Source: Malacoraja senta
Taxonomy: Eukaryota
DNA: 64,000 nucleotides
NCBI GenBank assembly: GCA_038087875.1
Contig: CM076000.1
Span: forward strand, 186,001 to 250,000
Direction of reading: 5' to 3'
Below the pieces are notes generated by a model. That model was not told the origin of the DNA. It did not search any database and saw only the letters and a list, made by a program, of their open reading frames with translations. Positions 23,463-36,238 of the stretch are shown piece by piece; positions within the stretch are counted from its first letter, which is position 1; each line of letters opens with the position of its first letter. Both the position numbers and the translations under genes were made by a program.

Positions 23463-25845
23463 ACTAGTCAGGGAAAAGGGAAATGAGAGATTTTGACGAT
23501 GATGTAGAGATATGTAGAGCAATGAATGAAAGATATGCAAAAAAGTAATGATGATAAAGGAAACATGCCATTATTAGGTGTTTGTTGGGTGAAAACGAGA
23601 AGCTGGTGCTACTTGGGTGGGGGAGGGATAGAGAGAGAGGGAATGCCGGGATTACTCCAGCTTTTTGTGTCTACCTTCAATTTAAACCAGCTACTGCAGT
23701 TCCTTCCTACACAGAACTACCATGCTGTCTGTGGCGGTACAGGAATTATCCGACACAAAGTCCAATCGGCCAGTAGCTGGCTAACACCTGACATTGAGAG
23801 CAGTGGATGGGAGAGTTTAGTACCTTGGCATGATGGTGAGATTAGTGATTGAGGGGCATTGTATTTTCTTATCAAATTAGTGATAAGGCTCGGTGGACCG
23901 CAGAACCGGGAAGAAGTCGCGGGAGACGTTGGACACAAGGAGTGGGCTGGTAGAAGTGCTGTTGTCTCCAGCTCCTTCAATGTCGGCAGGATGAGGCACC
24001 CCCAGGACACAAAAATGGCCGTCGAGGAGAGGGACGTTGGTTTGCAGGCCCATCCGGACGACGGCGACAGTGGAAGTCCCTGCTGGAGCTCGGGCTTACC
24101 TGGATAGGGAACCGCTCCAGTAGACCAAGCGTGCATGTGGACAGGACTTTAGATCTTGGAAATGGCACCAAAACATTGAGGTATTTGCATGTGTACCAAT
24201 GCAAAAAGAATTTCACTGTGCAGTTGTACATGTGACAAATAAATGTGACAACTCTGAAATAGCAATGCGAAAATAAGACACGACTTAAGGAACAGGATTG
24301 ATGGGAATGATCTGAAATCTAGCAGAGATTTGTTGGGTTGAATGGCTACTTCCCATGCCATAAGAAAATATGAAAAAAATGAAGGATTTTTTAATCAATG
24401 TCGCTGAAGATATTGCTTTTCGATTATAAATGTTGATGGATTATTGCACTGCGAATAGCTGACAGGGAATTGCAAAAACGTTTAGCTGCTTTTCCAATGT
24501 TCATAGAAAAGAGTTTTAAATGTTGCACTTGTGTCATATCTTTGTTTTAGTACTAAAGCGCAGTTGCAATTTTATGGGAATATCAATACCATTATATACT
24601 GCCATAAACCTTTTGATAACTTGTCTCGTTCTTGATCTTTGCATACAATGCTGGATGGGAGCTGGAATAAAAGACTCAAACCAGTCTTCACTGGAGTGAG
24701 GCTTTAATGTTACAACTCATGTCCCACAATTCCCCGTGATTGCTCCTCTTTCAGCTGTTTTGAAAATGGAATTTGTCGACTGTTGTGTGAAGATGGAATT
24801 TTGTCTCCATGTCCATCGTGCTATGATGAATTCAATAATTCTCAGGCACACATCCATATTAATCAGGGAAATTAGTGAAGAAAAAGTCAAGAATGTTTTT
24901 TCCTCTGTTTGATTCAATCATCATCTGTCACAGGTCTGGTCTGTCGTTAAGGACATGGCTGGCTGAGTATTTGTGTATCTGAGCCTATTCATGGTGATGG
25001 GCTTTCTCATTCCCAATGCATCTTCTTACCTTGTCTCAGCTTCTGAGTAACGACAGCATAGAGAAGCAACAATTCAGAATTTGATGGGGATTATTGGTGT
25101 TATTTACTGATCAAGAGCCGACGCTATGAATCTTCCTGGATTAGAGCAATGAAGTTGAAGAGCCCCAGGGCTACTCCTTCCTGACTATATACCACATGTC
25201 TGGTGGAGGATCTCCCCCTAGCCTCCCGCTAGTGGGATATTCTTCTTCTTATCGAGTCCACACACAATATTAGAAGTTGTTCAGCCAGAGCTGAACACAC
25301 TTCTCGGCATCTGCACACAATGGTGTCTATCTTGCGCGTCTTGTGCGTGGTGGTGGAAAGATTGGTGAAAACAGGGCCACGACATGAACGCTCTTTCCTT
25401 CACCCCAGTGGAATATGAAACACCCAGGAATTGTGATAGAACAACCTGGGACATTAGTTCAAAGTTTGATTCTTTACGTCTAGTTACAACTTGCCTGGTC
25501 GGTGGTTGAGCTACCACAGTCTATGCTCATACACATACCTAGATCACACCCTAGATCAGTGCTGAGTAGTCTGTCCAGTTGCATTTTTTTGTTTCTCAAA
25601 ATAGTTTGGTGCAGCTGAGTGGTTTGTTCAGCCTTTTCAGAAGGGAATGAAGAGACAGTCATTTTGCTGTGTGTCTTTTATGGTCTTTGTATCAGAAGTA
25701 AGAATGTAAGATTTCCAACCATAAATTGGGTTAGTGAAACTGGTATGTTTGAACGTGGTCACCTTTACAGATTCTACATTTCTGGAACAGATTATTTAAT
25801 TCATTTCTCAGCTATGTTGGTTGGAGATGTATCTGTGTCCAGATC

Positions 25846-27425
25846 ATCCAGGGTCTGATGGTCTGCATCCCAGGGTACTCAAGGAGGTGGCTCTAGAAAT
25901 CGTGGACGCATTGGTGATCCTTTTCCAATGTTCTATAGATTCTGGTTCAGTTCCTGTCGATTGGAGGGTAGCTAATGTTATCCCACTTTTTAAGAAAGGT
26001 GGAAGAGAGAAAGCAGGGAATTATAGACCAGTTAGCCTGACATTAGTGGTGGGGAAGATGCTGAAGTTGATTATTAATGGTGTAATAGCAGCGCATTTGG
26101 ATAGCAGTAACAGGATCGGTCCAAGTCACAATGGATTTACGAAGGGGAAATCATGCTTGACAAATCTTTGGGAAGTTTTTGAGGATGTAACAAGTAAAAT
26201 GGACAAGAGAAAGCAATTGGATGTAGTGTACCTGGACTTTCAAAAAGCCTTTGATAATGTCCCACGCAGGAGATTAGTGGGCAAAATTAGAGCACATGGT
26301 ATTGGGAGTAGGGTATTGACATGGATAGAAAATTGGTTGGCAGACAGGAAACAAAGAGTAGGGATTAACGGGTCCCTTTCAGAATGGCAGGCAGTGACTA
26401 GTGGGGTGCCGCAAGGCTCTGTGCTGGGACCGCAGCTATTTACAATATACATTCATGATTTAGATGAAGGGATTAAAAGTAACATTAGCAAATTTGCAGA
26501 TGACACAAAGCAGGGTGGCAGTGTGAACTGTGTAGAGGATGATGAAGATGCAGGGTGAGTTGGACGGGTTGGGTGAGTGGGCAGATGCATGCCAAATGCA
26601 GTATAATATGGATAAATGTGAGGTTATCCACTTTGGTGGCAAGAACAGGAAGGCAGATTATTATCTGAATGGTGTCAGGTTTGGAAAAGGGGAAGGACAA
26701 CGAGACCTAGGTGTCCTTGTACATCAGTCACTGAAAGTAAACATGCAGGTACAGTAGGCAGTGAAGAAAGCTAATGGCATGTTGGCCTTCATAACGAGAG
26801 GAATTGAGTATAGGAGCAAAGAGGTCCTTCTGCAGTTGTACAGGGCCCTGTTGAGACTACACCTGGAGTATTGTGTGTAGTTTTGGTCTCCAAATTTGAG
26901 GATGGACATTTTTGGTATTGAGGGAGTGCAGCGTAGGTTCACGAGATTAATTCCCGGGATGGCGGGAATGTCATATGATGAAAGAATGGAGCGACTGGGC
27001 TTGTATTCACTGGAATTTAAAAGAATGAGAGGGGATCTTATAGAAACACATAAAATTATTAAGGGATTGGACAATCTAGATGCAGGAAACATGTTCCCGA
27101 TGTTGGGGAGTCCAGAACCAGGGGCCACAGTTTACGAATAAGGGGTAGGTCGTTTAGAACTGAGATGAGGTAACTCATTTTCACAAAGAGTAGTGAATTT
27201 GTAGACTTCTCTGCCTCAGAAGGCAGTTGAGGCCGATTCAAAAGAGAGTTTGAGAGTGGATGCATTCAAAAGAGAGTTGGTAGCTCTTAGGGCTAGTGGA
27301 ATCAAGGGCTATGGGTAGAAGGCAGGAACGGAGTACTGATTGTGGATGATCAGCCATGATCACATTGAATGGCGGTGCTGGCTTGAAGGGCTGAATGGCC
27401 TACTCCTGCACCTATTGTCTATGTA
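25846..27425 (+). mobile_element. CR1 LINE, 5'-truncated, RT domain with stops/frameshifts
   Basis: [50 protein letters not shown]1 3' UTR ending cctattgtctatg. Confidence 0.95.
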
Positions 27426-27699
27426 TCCATCTAAGCCTTTGGATGACCAGTGGTCTCAAAGCCTCTACATCTCCAGTACTGATGGTGCTTCAGTGATTTC
27501 ATGCATGACCTCTGTGCAACACTTTGCTCAGAATCTTGTGCACTCAACTTTGTGCAATAATATCGAACACTTGCCACTGAATCAGTAGGTCCATGTCCAA
27601 TTCACAGACTTCATAATAACATTCATTCACTGCAGTGTGGTGGCAGTGCAACAGACTGAGAGGAGCTGTTTTTTCAGTGACATTTTTAACTGGTGTGTA

Positions 27700-27897
27700 C
27701 ATTTACACCAAACCAATTCACCTAGACACTTGTACGTCTTGGCGTGTGGGAGGAAACCGAAGATCTCGGAGAAAACCCACGCAGGTCACGGGGAGAACAT
27801 ACAAACTCCGTAACAGACAAGCACCCGTAGTCAGGATTGATCCTCGGTCTCTAGCCCTGTAAGGCAGTAGCTCTATCGCTATGCCACTGTGCTGCCT
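27700..27897 (-). mobile_element. V-SINE 5' half
   Basis: Reverse complement of the 18906 family. Confidence 0.8.
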
Positions 27898-28417
27898 TTC
27901 TGTCCCCAGTTAATCTGCCCACGGGTCTGTGGGATGTGGAGAGAAACAGGTGGAATTCCATAAGATCATAGGGAGAAGGTGCCAACTCTATAAATGAATC
28001 ACCAAAGTAAATCCAGTCTTTGGAGCTTTCAGTTGGCCATCAACCTTAAGAAATATAGCCAACAGTAAATTCTATTCGATGGAGTGGCTCAAATTAAGTC
28101 TTAATATACATTGCAGATTTTTTTATGGTTAACATATTTATCTCTTCTATAGAGCTAGGCGGATACAATCGGCGAGAACAATATGTGTGTGTTGGAGCAG
28201 TGCATTGGGTGCATGTGCTCGTCATTGAATGGGGTGCTATTATTCAGTTGGCATTCCAGTATAAATACCTCTAATTGGATACTATAAAGGCAAATGGAAA
28301 TATATTCTCAAAGAGCAAACATTGGGGAGCTGTTAACCACAAGCATTTTGGAAAGCATATTTTATTAAAAGATATGGCAATGTGCAATAGCAAAAAAAGC
28401 AATAGAGGAATGGAAAT

Positions 28418-28550
28418 TCTGAAGAAGGGTCTCGACCCGAAACATCACGTATTCCTTCTCTCCATAGATGCTGCCTCACCCGCTGTGTTACTCCAGCATT
28501 TTGTTTCTGCGTTCGATTTTATCCAGCATCTGCAGTTCTTTCTTACACAC
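28418..28550 (+). mobile_element. 133-bp non-autonomous PLE-derived element beginning at the hammerhead core
   Basis: Starts tCTGAAGAagggtctcgacccGAAAcatc; 8-bp TSD ATGGAAAT at 28410-28417 and 28551-28558. Confidence 0.75.
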
Positions 28551-30424
28551 ATGGAAATATCATGAACTGGTTTAAGTGAAGAGTATTCTTGCATTCAAGG
28601 GGAAATCTAGATAGAATGATAGAATAGCTGGATGTGATGATGATGTAAGATGCAGGCTGGCATGAGGTTCATGGACTGTAAAGGTTAACAAAAGACAAGG
28701 CAGCCAAATAGACTCTTTCTGGCATGTAACCATTTGCACAATTTTATTCGGTGTCCAAGGAAATTGCTTTATGAAGAAAATTGGGAATGAAGTAAGTCTG
28801 AGCATAAAGGCAGGCAGGCAGCGCCTGTTTCCATCTTGTATCAGAATTAATGGGTATTCTTTTCAGAAGGAGATGAGGAGAAATTTCTTGGTGAATCTGT
28901 GGAATTCTATGCCACAGAAGTCTGTGGAGGCCGTTAGTGGATATCTTTAAGACAGGGATAGATAGATTCCTGATTAATACGGGTGTCAGAGGTTGTGAGG
29001 AAACTGCAGGAGAATGGGGTCAGGAGGGAGAGATAGATCAGCGGAGTAGACTTGATGGGCCAAATGGCCTAATTCTACTCCTATCACTTACGACCTTATG
29101 ATTCTGTAAAGGTTTGTTCCTTCTATCCGAAACCTAGGGCAGAAACACTGGGTTGATGAAGTGAACTCCATTCATTGAAAATAGCAGTTCAGGGTGCATC
29201 TATGGGAATAAAAGCAGCCCAGTAACCTCCACAGATATTATCTTGCCCACATAATGGTTCTAGTTCAAATTCCCAGCAGCAGGGTTTTGCATTTGCATTC
29301 GGGTTTTTCCATGCCATTTTCAAATTGGTTTGCTTATGTAAAAATAAAATTGTTTTTATAATTTTAATTCCATGTTATTAAGTTGTATCTAAACATTGAT
29401 TAACACAACTGTGGTTTACATAAATAATTCCCAATCGTATTCAATGTGGTGAAAATTCCTCAGGCTGATCACAGACTTGGACGTTTAACAAAGCGCTGGG
29501 AAAGATTTAACCAACAAACAATTTTTGCCTCAAGTAGAGCAATGCAATTTTTTTTTAAATAATCGCAATGCTGCCAAGTTGTGCACCAGTAAAAGTAAAC
29601 TTGTGAAGTAATTCAAAACAAACCATAACTTGGCTATTGAGAAGGGTAATCATGAGGTTGGGAGATTCTGGGAAGTGACACATTCCACAAGTGAGACCAG
29701 GGAACTAAAGAAGTCTGTGCGTTTGCTAAAATTTGTGTTGGCTCTGTTACAAATATTTTATGATGCTATTTTTTCCAACCAACTCTTGATTTAGATGGTG
29801 GTGGTCAGTTAACTGTGACTGCGGTGAATGAATGTCCTGTACACTTGGCACTATGTTTCCATCATATTCCACAGTATCAAATACAATGGAGAGGATTTCA
29901 ACCTACATCCAGCATTATAGTCATACAGCGTGTAAACAGGCCCTTCACCCCAACTTGCCCTCACCGGCCAACATATCCCATTTACACTCGTCCCACCTGC
30001 CTGCATTTGGCCCATATCACTCTAATCCTGTTGTATCCATGTACCTGTCTAAATGTTTCTTAAACATTTCAATAGGACCTGCCTCAACTACCTCCTCTGT
30101 CATCTCGTTCCATACACCTACCATCCATTGTGTGAAAAAGTTAGTCCTCCACCCCCCCCCCCCTCAAATCTTTCCCCCCTCACCTTAAACCTATGACCTA
30201 TGTTATATGACTGAACTGCAATTTGGAGCACTGCATCAGATTATTTCTATAGCTTGGTGAGAATTAGCTTGCTCTTATGAATGACGGCTCTAAATGCTGG
30301 TTTCATGCCTAATAATGAAATAATTTAAATGAATTTTAATTTAATGAAATAATCTTTAGGAAAGTAGCTTATGGACTTTATACAAATGGAGAATATTCTA
30401 CAAAAGGAATACAAAAGAAATACA

Positions 30425-30768
30425 AAAGGTGTATAAAATCATGAGAGGAATAGATCGTGTAGAAGTACAGTCTCTTGCCCAGAGAAGGGGATTGAGAACC
30501 AGAGGACATTGGTTTAAGATAAAGGGGAAAAGATTTAATAGGAATCTGAGGGGTAACTTTTTCACTCAAAGGGTGGTGAGTGTATGGAATGAGCTGCCGG
30601 AGGAGGTAGTTGAGGCAGGGGCTATCACAATGTTTAAGAAACAATTAAACAGGTCATGGATAGGACAGGTTTAGAGGATATGGGCCAAATGCATAGTGTA
30701 GATGGGACGTGTTGGTCGGTGTGGGCAAGTTGGGCTGAAGGCAATGTTGCCATGCTGTGTGATTCTAT
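30425..30768 (+). mobile_element. CR1 3' end
   Basis: YKIMRGIDRV...RGNFFTQRVVSVWNELPEEVVEAG. Confidence 0.85.
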
Positions 30769-31524
30769 GGATTGCTAATTTTTTAATATTTACACAAATA
30801 ACTATGTATCTCTTGTTAAAATGCCACCATCAGTCAGGAGTAAACAGCGTTTTGAGAGTTACAGTGAGTCTGTCCAATGTCAAAGATGAGCTTCAGTGTT
30901 AATATATACACTCATCGCATGACTTTCATTTGGTTTGTCCTTTGAAAAATTGATTTTTTGTTGAAAGAACTGAGACATTTAATGCTGCAGGATTTGATAG
31001 AATTGGTTTATTTTGCCTGCCACCTCCCACTCTCTGCATTTTCAGTGCCTCTCAGGGTGCTGTGGGGATATCCATGCTGCTGGTTGATCTCATATGTCAG
31101 CTTCTGCTCCACTGTTAGAGTCTGTAATAAAGCTTTTAACAATTGCGATGCTCATTTTGCTTGAACAGTGTAAAATAATTTAGTGGTGAATGCAGTACAT
31201 ACAAAGATTTAAACCAGCTGTCGCTGTTTGTTAAGTATGGATAAGGCAATTAATTATAATCAAATATCTTAAGGTACAAACTTGGACATTACGAGCATGG
31301 ATTTAACATAGCTATTCAATCCATTAAAGATTATATTTCTGATCAAAATGCAATGTTTGTATTTTAAATACTAATGCTCTTTTCTGTGTTGCATACATTT
31401 GCATCACAACAAACATCTTAACATTTTCAAGTCAAGTTCAAAGGACTGTCATTACTCGTGCCAATTTTCTACACTGACCCTGACCACTCTCTCTTGAGCA
31501 CATCTCTTCAAAACTTTGGCCAGT

Positions 31525-32512
31525 GAGCTTAACATCTGTAGTTGGAAAGTTACTAGAGAGTATTCTGAGGGATAGGATATACCTGCATTTAGATGGACAA
31601 GGGCTGATGAGGAATAGTCAGCATTGTATGTGGGAGGTCGTGTCTCACAAATCTGATTGAGAGTTTTTTGAAGACGTGACCAAAAAGGTTGACGAGGGCA
31701 GAGCTGTAGATGTTGTGCACATGGACCAGCAAAACATTCGACAAGGTTCCACATGATAGGCTTCTCTAGAAGTTTAGATCTCATGGGATCCAAGGAGAGA
31801 TGGCTGAATGGATAGAAAATTGGCTTCATGGAAGGAAGCAGATGGTTCCTTGAAGGTGGAGCCGCAGGTAGATAGGGCAGTCAAAACAGCTTTTGGCATA
31901 TTGGCCTTCATCAGTCAGAGTATTGAGTGGAGGAGTTGAGAGGTCATATTGGAATTGTATAAGACGTTGGTGACGCCGCATTTAGAGTATTGTGTACAGT
32001 TCTGGGCATCATGTTGTAGGAAAGATGTTGTCAAGCTGGAAAGGATACAGAGACATTTTACGAGGATGTTGTCACGTCTAGAGGGTCTGAGCAAAAGGGG
32101 AGGTTGAGTAGGCTGGGACTCAATTCCTTGGAGGATGAGGGGTGATCATATAGAGGTTTATAAAATCAAGAAAGGAATAGGTCGGGTAGATTCGCAGAGT
32201 CTTGCCCAGAGTAGGTGAATCGAGGACCAGAGGACATAGGTTTAAGGTGAAGGGGAAAAGATTTAATAGGAATCTGAGGGATAACTTTTTCACACAAAGG
32301 GTGGTGGGTGTCGGAAACAAGGGGCCAGATGAGTTAATTGAGGCAGGGCCTATCCCAATATTTAAGAAACAGACAGGTATATGGATAGGACATGGTTTGG
32401 AGGGATATAGACCAAATGTGGGCCGGTGGGACTAGTGTAGCTGAGACATGTTGGCCGGTGTGAGCAAGTTGGGCCAAAGGGCCGGTTTCCGCGCTTTATC
32501 ACTCTATGACTC
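31525..32512 (+). mobile_element. Decayed CR1 with internal deletion
   Basis: Degenerate RT and C-terminal motifs (RTRGHRFKVKGKRFNRNLRDNFFTQRVV); (actctatg) tail. Confidence 0.85.
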
Positions 32513-34597
32513 TTTGCTGAAGCAGTGAGATTATAGAGCCAGCTGGAAACCTGAAATAAATGCTGGGAAACCACAATGATTGCAGCATTTGAGAGAGAAA
32601 ACTGGGTTGACATTTCAGGTTGATCACATCAGAATGTGCCAAGGATTCGAAAGGTAAAATACTGCAGATGCTGGAAATCTGAGCAAAAGGAATCAACTTA
32701 AAAAACCAAGCCTATCCTCCCCCCCGTCCCCCCCCCCCCCCCCCCCCCCGTCCCCCACACGCCACCACATTCCACCACCTTCCCCAAGACCTGCTAAATA
32801 CATCAAGAATTTGCAGCTAATTTGCTCCATAGATGCTGTCTCACCCGCTGAGTTTCTCCAGCATTTTTGTCTACCTTCGATTTTTCCAGCATCTGCAGTC
32901 CTTTCTGAAACATGTTGAGTATTTCCAGTATTTTTCAGTTTAATTTCAGATTGCCAGTATCTGCAGGGTTTTTTTGCGTTCTGCTTAATAAAAGAGTTTA
33001 TATTTATTAGTTTAGGAATAGGAATACTTTATTGTCACACGTGACTAGGCACAGTGAAATTATTTGCTTGCATACACAATGTATAATGTTTTGATCTAGT
33101 AATACCCTGAAAATGCATTTCTGTGATATTTACATTTAACTAAAATGAAGCACAAATCTCCATGGATCTGACTGGAGTAAATCTTTGAGCCCACATTTCA
33201 CCAATTCTCCAAATTGCTATTTTGATCTAACCTGTTGCACTATTATTCAACTAAGATTTCCTTCCTCATTCCACTTGTGACATTTCATTTGAACTTGTTT
33301 CATTTTCGAAAAGTCAGGAGACAAGTGTCATAATGGTTTCATTTCACTTTAATTATAAACGCTGAGAATTGGTGGACATTAGAAAAAAACTATTTGATAT
33401 TATTAAAATACATTATTTGAAAATCTATATTATCCAAATGAAGGTAAGTAAAAGCTCATGCCACTTTAAAATTAAACATAATGTAAGAAGCAAATTTGTA
33501 TCTTGGGAATAATGAAATAAAACCATATTGTATGTATTCTGTGAGGTGGGATCCCTTTCCCATAGTCGGGTCATTGCTTCCCCTGTATTAATATTAGCTG
33601 GAGCATTTGCTTCTGACCCAAACAGTCATTCACAAAATTATCTCACAAATTAGATATATGGGTTAAACATAACAATGTATAACCTGACGCACAAAATCTT
33701 GAGTAGGAAGGAACTGCAGATACTGGTTTACACCAAAGATAGACACAAAATATTGGAGTAACTAAGTGGGTCAGGCAGCATCTCTGGAGGAAAAGAATAG
33801 GTGACGCTCCCTTCTTCAGTCTGGCAAAATCAGACTGCACAAAATCAGACTGCACAAAATCTTACCAATGAAAACAACTAAGTGTACATTGAATTTTTAA
33901 GCATGGTTCAGCTAGATATTGAACATAAAGCATTTCCTCAAAGGTTTGCTGACTGATGAACAAAGCTTGGGATCACTTAACCAGAAGCGGAGATCATGGA
34001 AGTTGAATCTCAGATCATATCATTCAGATACTTGGAAAAGAGAAGTAGATGTTGAGGCACTTGTTTCCATAAACTGGCAGCAGTACAGCAGGGGAGTAGA
34101 AGAGTATTACTCATTCCAACTTTCCATTAGGCATGAATTAGTATTCCGTTTTTTTTTGCTGAAAGAAAGTCAGGCACCCATTTTTACTGCACAGAATGAA
34201 AATCTCATCTGATTGAAAGGTAGAGAAAAAGAAGAACCAATGGTAATAGTGTACCCGCAATACACCTTCCAAAAGGTACATGGTTGATGGCAAGGTGCTT
34301 AAGAGCCTTAATGTCCTGAGGGATATTGAGTTTCAGGTCCATAGCTCCCTGCACATTAGCACTATCCTACACACAGTAGGGACAATTTTACACATACACC
34401 AAGCCAATTTACCTACATACCTGTACGTCTTTGGAGTGTGGGAGGACGAAGAAATCAGAGAAAACAAACATGGTCATGGGGAGAATGTACAAACTCCGTA
34501 CAGACAGCACCCATAGTCGGGATTAACCCCAGTCTCCAGCGCTGCAAGGGCTGTAAGGCAGCAACTCTGCACCATCCGCTGCGCCACTGTGCATATA

Positions 34598-36238
34598 TAG
34601 TGCCCTCCATAATGTTTGGGACAAAGACCCATCATTTATTTATTTGCCTCTGTACTGAACAATTTGAGATTTGTAATAGAAAAAATCATATGTGGTTAAA
34701 GTGCACATTGTCAAATTTTATTAAAGACCATTTTTATACATTTTGGTTTCACCATGTAGAAATTACAGCAGTGTTTATACATAGTCCCCCCCATTTCAAG
34801 GCACCATAATGTTTGGCACACATGGCTTCACGGGCTTTTGTAATTTCTCAGGTGTGTTTAATTGCCTCCTTAATGCAGGTATAGGAGAGCTCTCAGCACC
34901 TGGTCTTTCCTCCAGTCTTTCCATCACCTTTGGAAACTGTTATTGCTGTTTATCAACACGAGGACCAAAGCTGTGCCAATGAAAGTCAAAATAGCCATTA
35001 TGAGATTGAGAAACAAGAATAAAACTGTTAGAGACATCAGCCAAACAGGATTATCAAAATCAACGGTTTGATACATCATTAAGAAGAAAGAGAGCACTGG
35101 TAAGCTTACTAATCTCAAAGGGACTGGCAGGCCAAGGAAGACCTCCACAGCTGATGACAGAAGAATTCTCTCTATAATAAAGAAAAATCCCCAAACACCT
35201 GTCTGACAGATCAGAAACACTCGTCAGGTGTGGATTTGTCAATGACCACTGTCTGCTGAAGACTTCATGACAGAAATACAGAGGCTACACTGCAAGATGC
35301 AAACCACTGGTTAGCTGCAAAAATAGGATGGCCAGGTTACAGTTTGCAAAGAAGTACTTAAAAGAGCAACCACAGTTCTGGAAAAGGGTCTTGTGGGCAG
35401 ATGAGACGAAGATTAACATATCAGAGATATGGCAAGAGCAAAGTATGGAGGAGAGAAGGAACTGCCCAAGATCCAAAGCATACCATCTCATCTGTGAAAC
35501 ACGGTAGTGGGGGTGTTATGGCCTGGGCATGTATGGCTGCTGAAGGTACTGGCTCACTTATCTTCATTGATGATACAACTGCTGATGATAGTAGCATAAT
35601 GAATTCTGAAGTGTACAGACACATCCTATCTGCTCAAATTCAAACAAATGCCTCAAAACTCATTGGCCGGCGGTTCATTCTACAGTAAGACAATGATCCC
35701 AAACATACTGCTAAAGCAACAAAGGAGTTTTTTAAAGCTAAAAAATAGTAAATTCTTGAGTGACTGTCAATCTGAAGCAATTGAGCATGCCTTTTATATG
35801 CTGAAGAGAAAACTGAAGGGGACTAGCCCCCAAAACAACCATAAGCTAAAGATGGCTGCAATACAGGCCTGGCAGAGCATCACCAGAGAAGACACCCAGC
35901 AACTGGTGATGTCCATGAATCGCAGACTTCAAACAGTCATTGCATGCAAAAGATATGCAACAAAATACTAAACATGACTACTTTCATTTACATGACATTG
36001 CTCTGTCCCAAACATTATGGTGCCCTGAAATGGGGGGACTGTATAAACACCACTGTAATTTTTACATGGTGAAACCAAAATGTATAAAAATGGCCTTTAA
36101 CCTTAATGGCCATAAAATGGCCTTAAAGTGACAATGTGCACTTTAACCACATGTGATTTTTTTTATTACAAATCTCAAATTGTGGAGTACAGAGGCAAAT
36201 AAATAAATGATGGGTCACAAACATTATGGCGGGCACTG
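34598..36238 (+). mobile_element. Full-length decayed Tc1/mariner transposon (IR/DR type, ~1.64 kb)
   Basis: ~215 bp TIRs (t)agtgccctccataatgttt / aaacattatggcgggcactg with TA on both sides; inner repeats ccataatgtttgg. Transposase remnants ~34960-35971: WADETKI, VKHGSGGVMAWACM, Q*DNDPKH, AIEHAF; multiple stops/frameshifts. Confidence 0.93.

Noticed and set aside
32715..32790. C-rich tract, and G tract at 13057-13160, as functional G-quadruplexes
   Set aside because: Low-complexity homopolymer runs with no further support; lengths may be unreliable.
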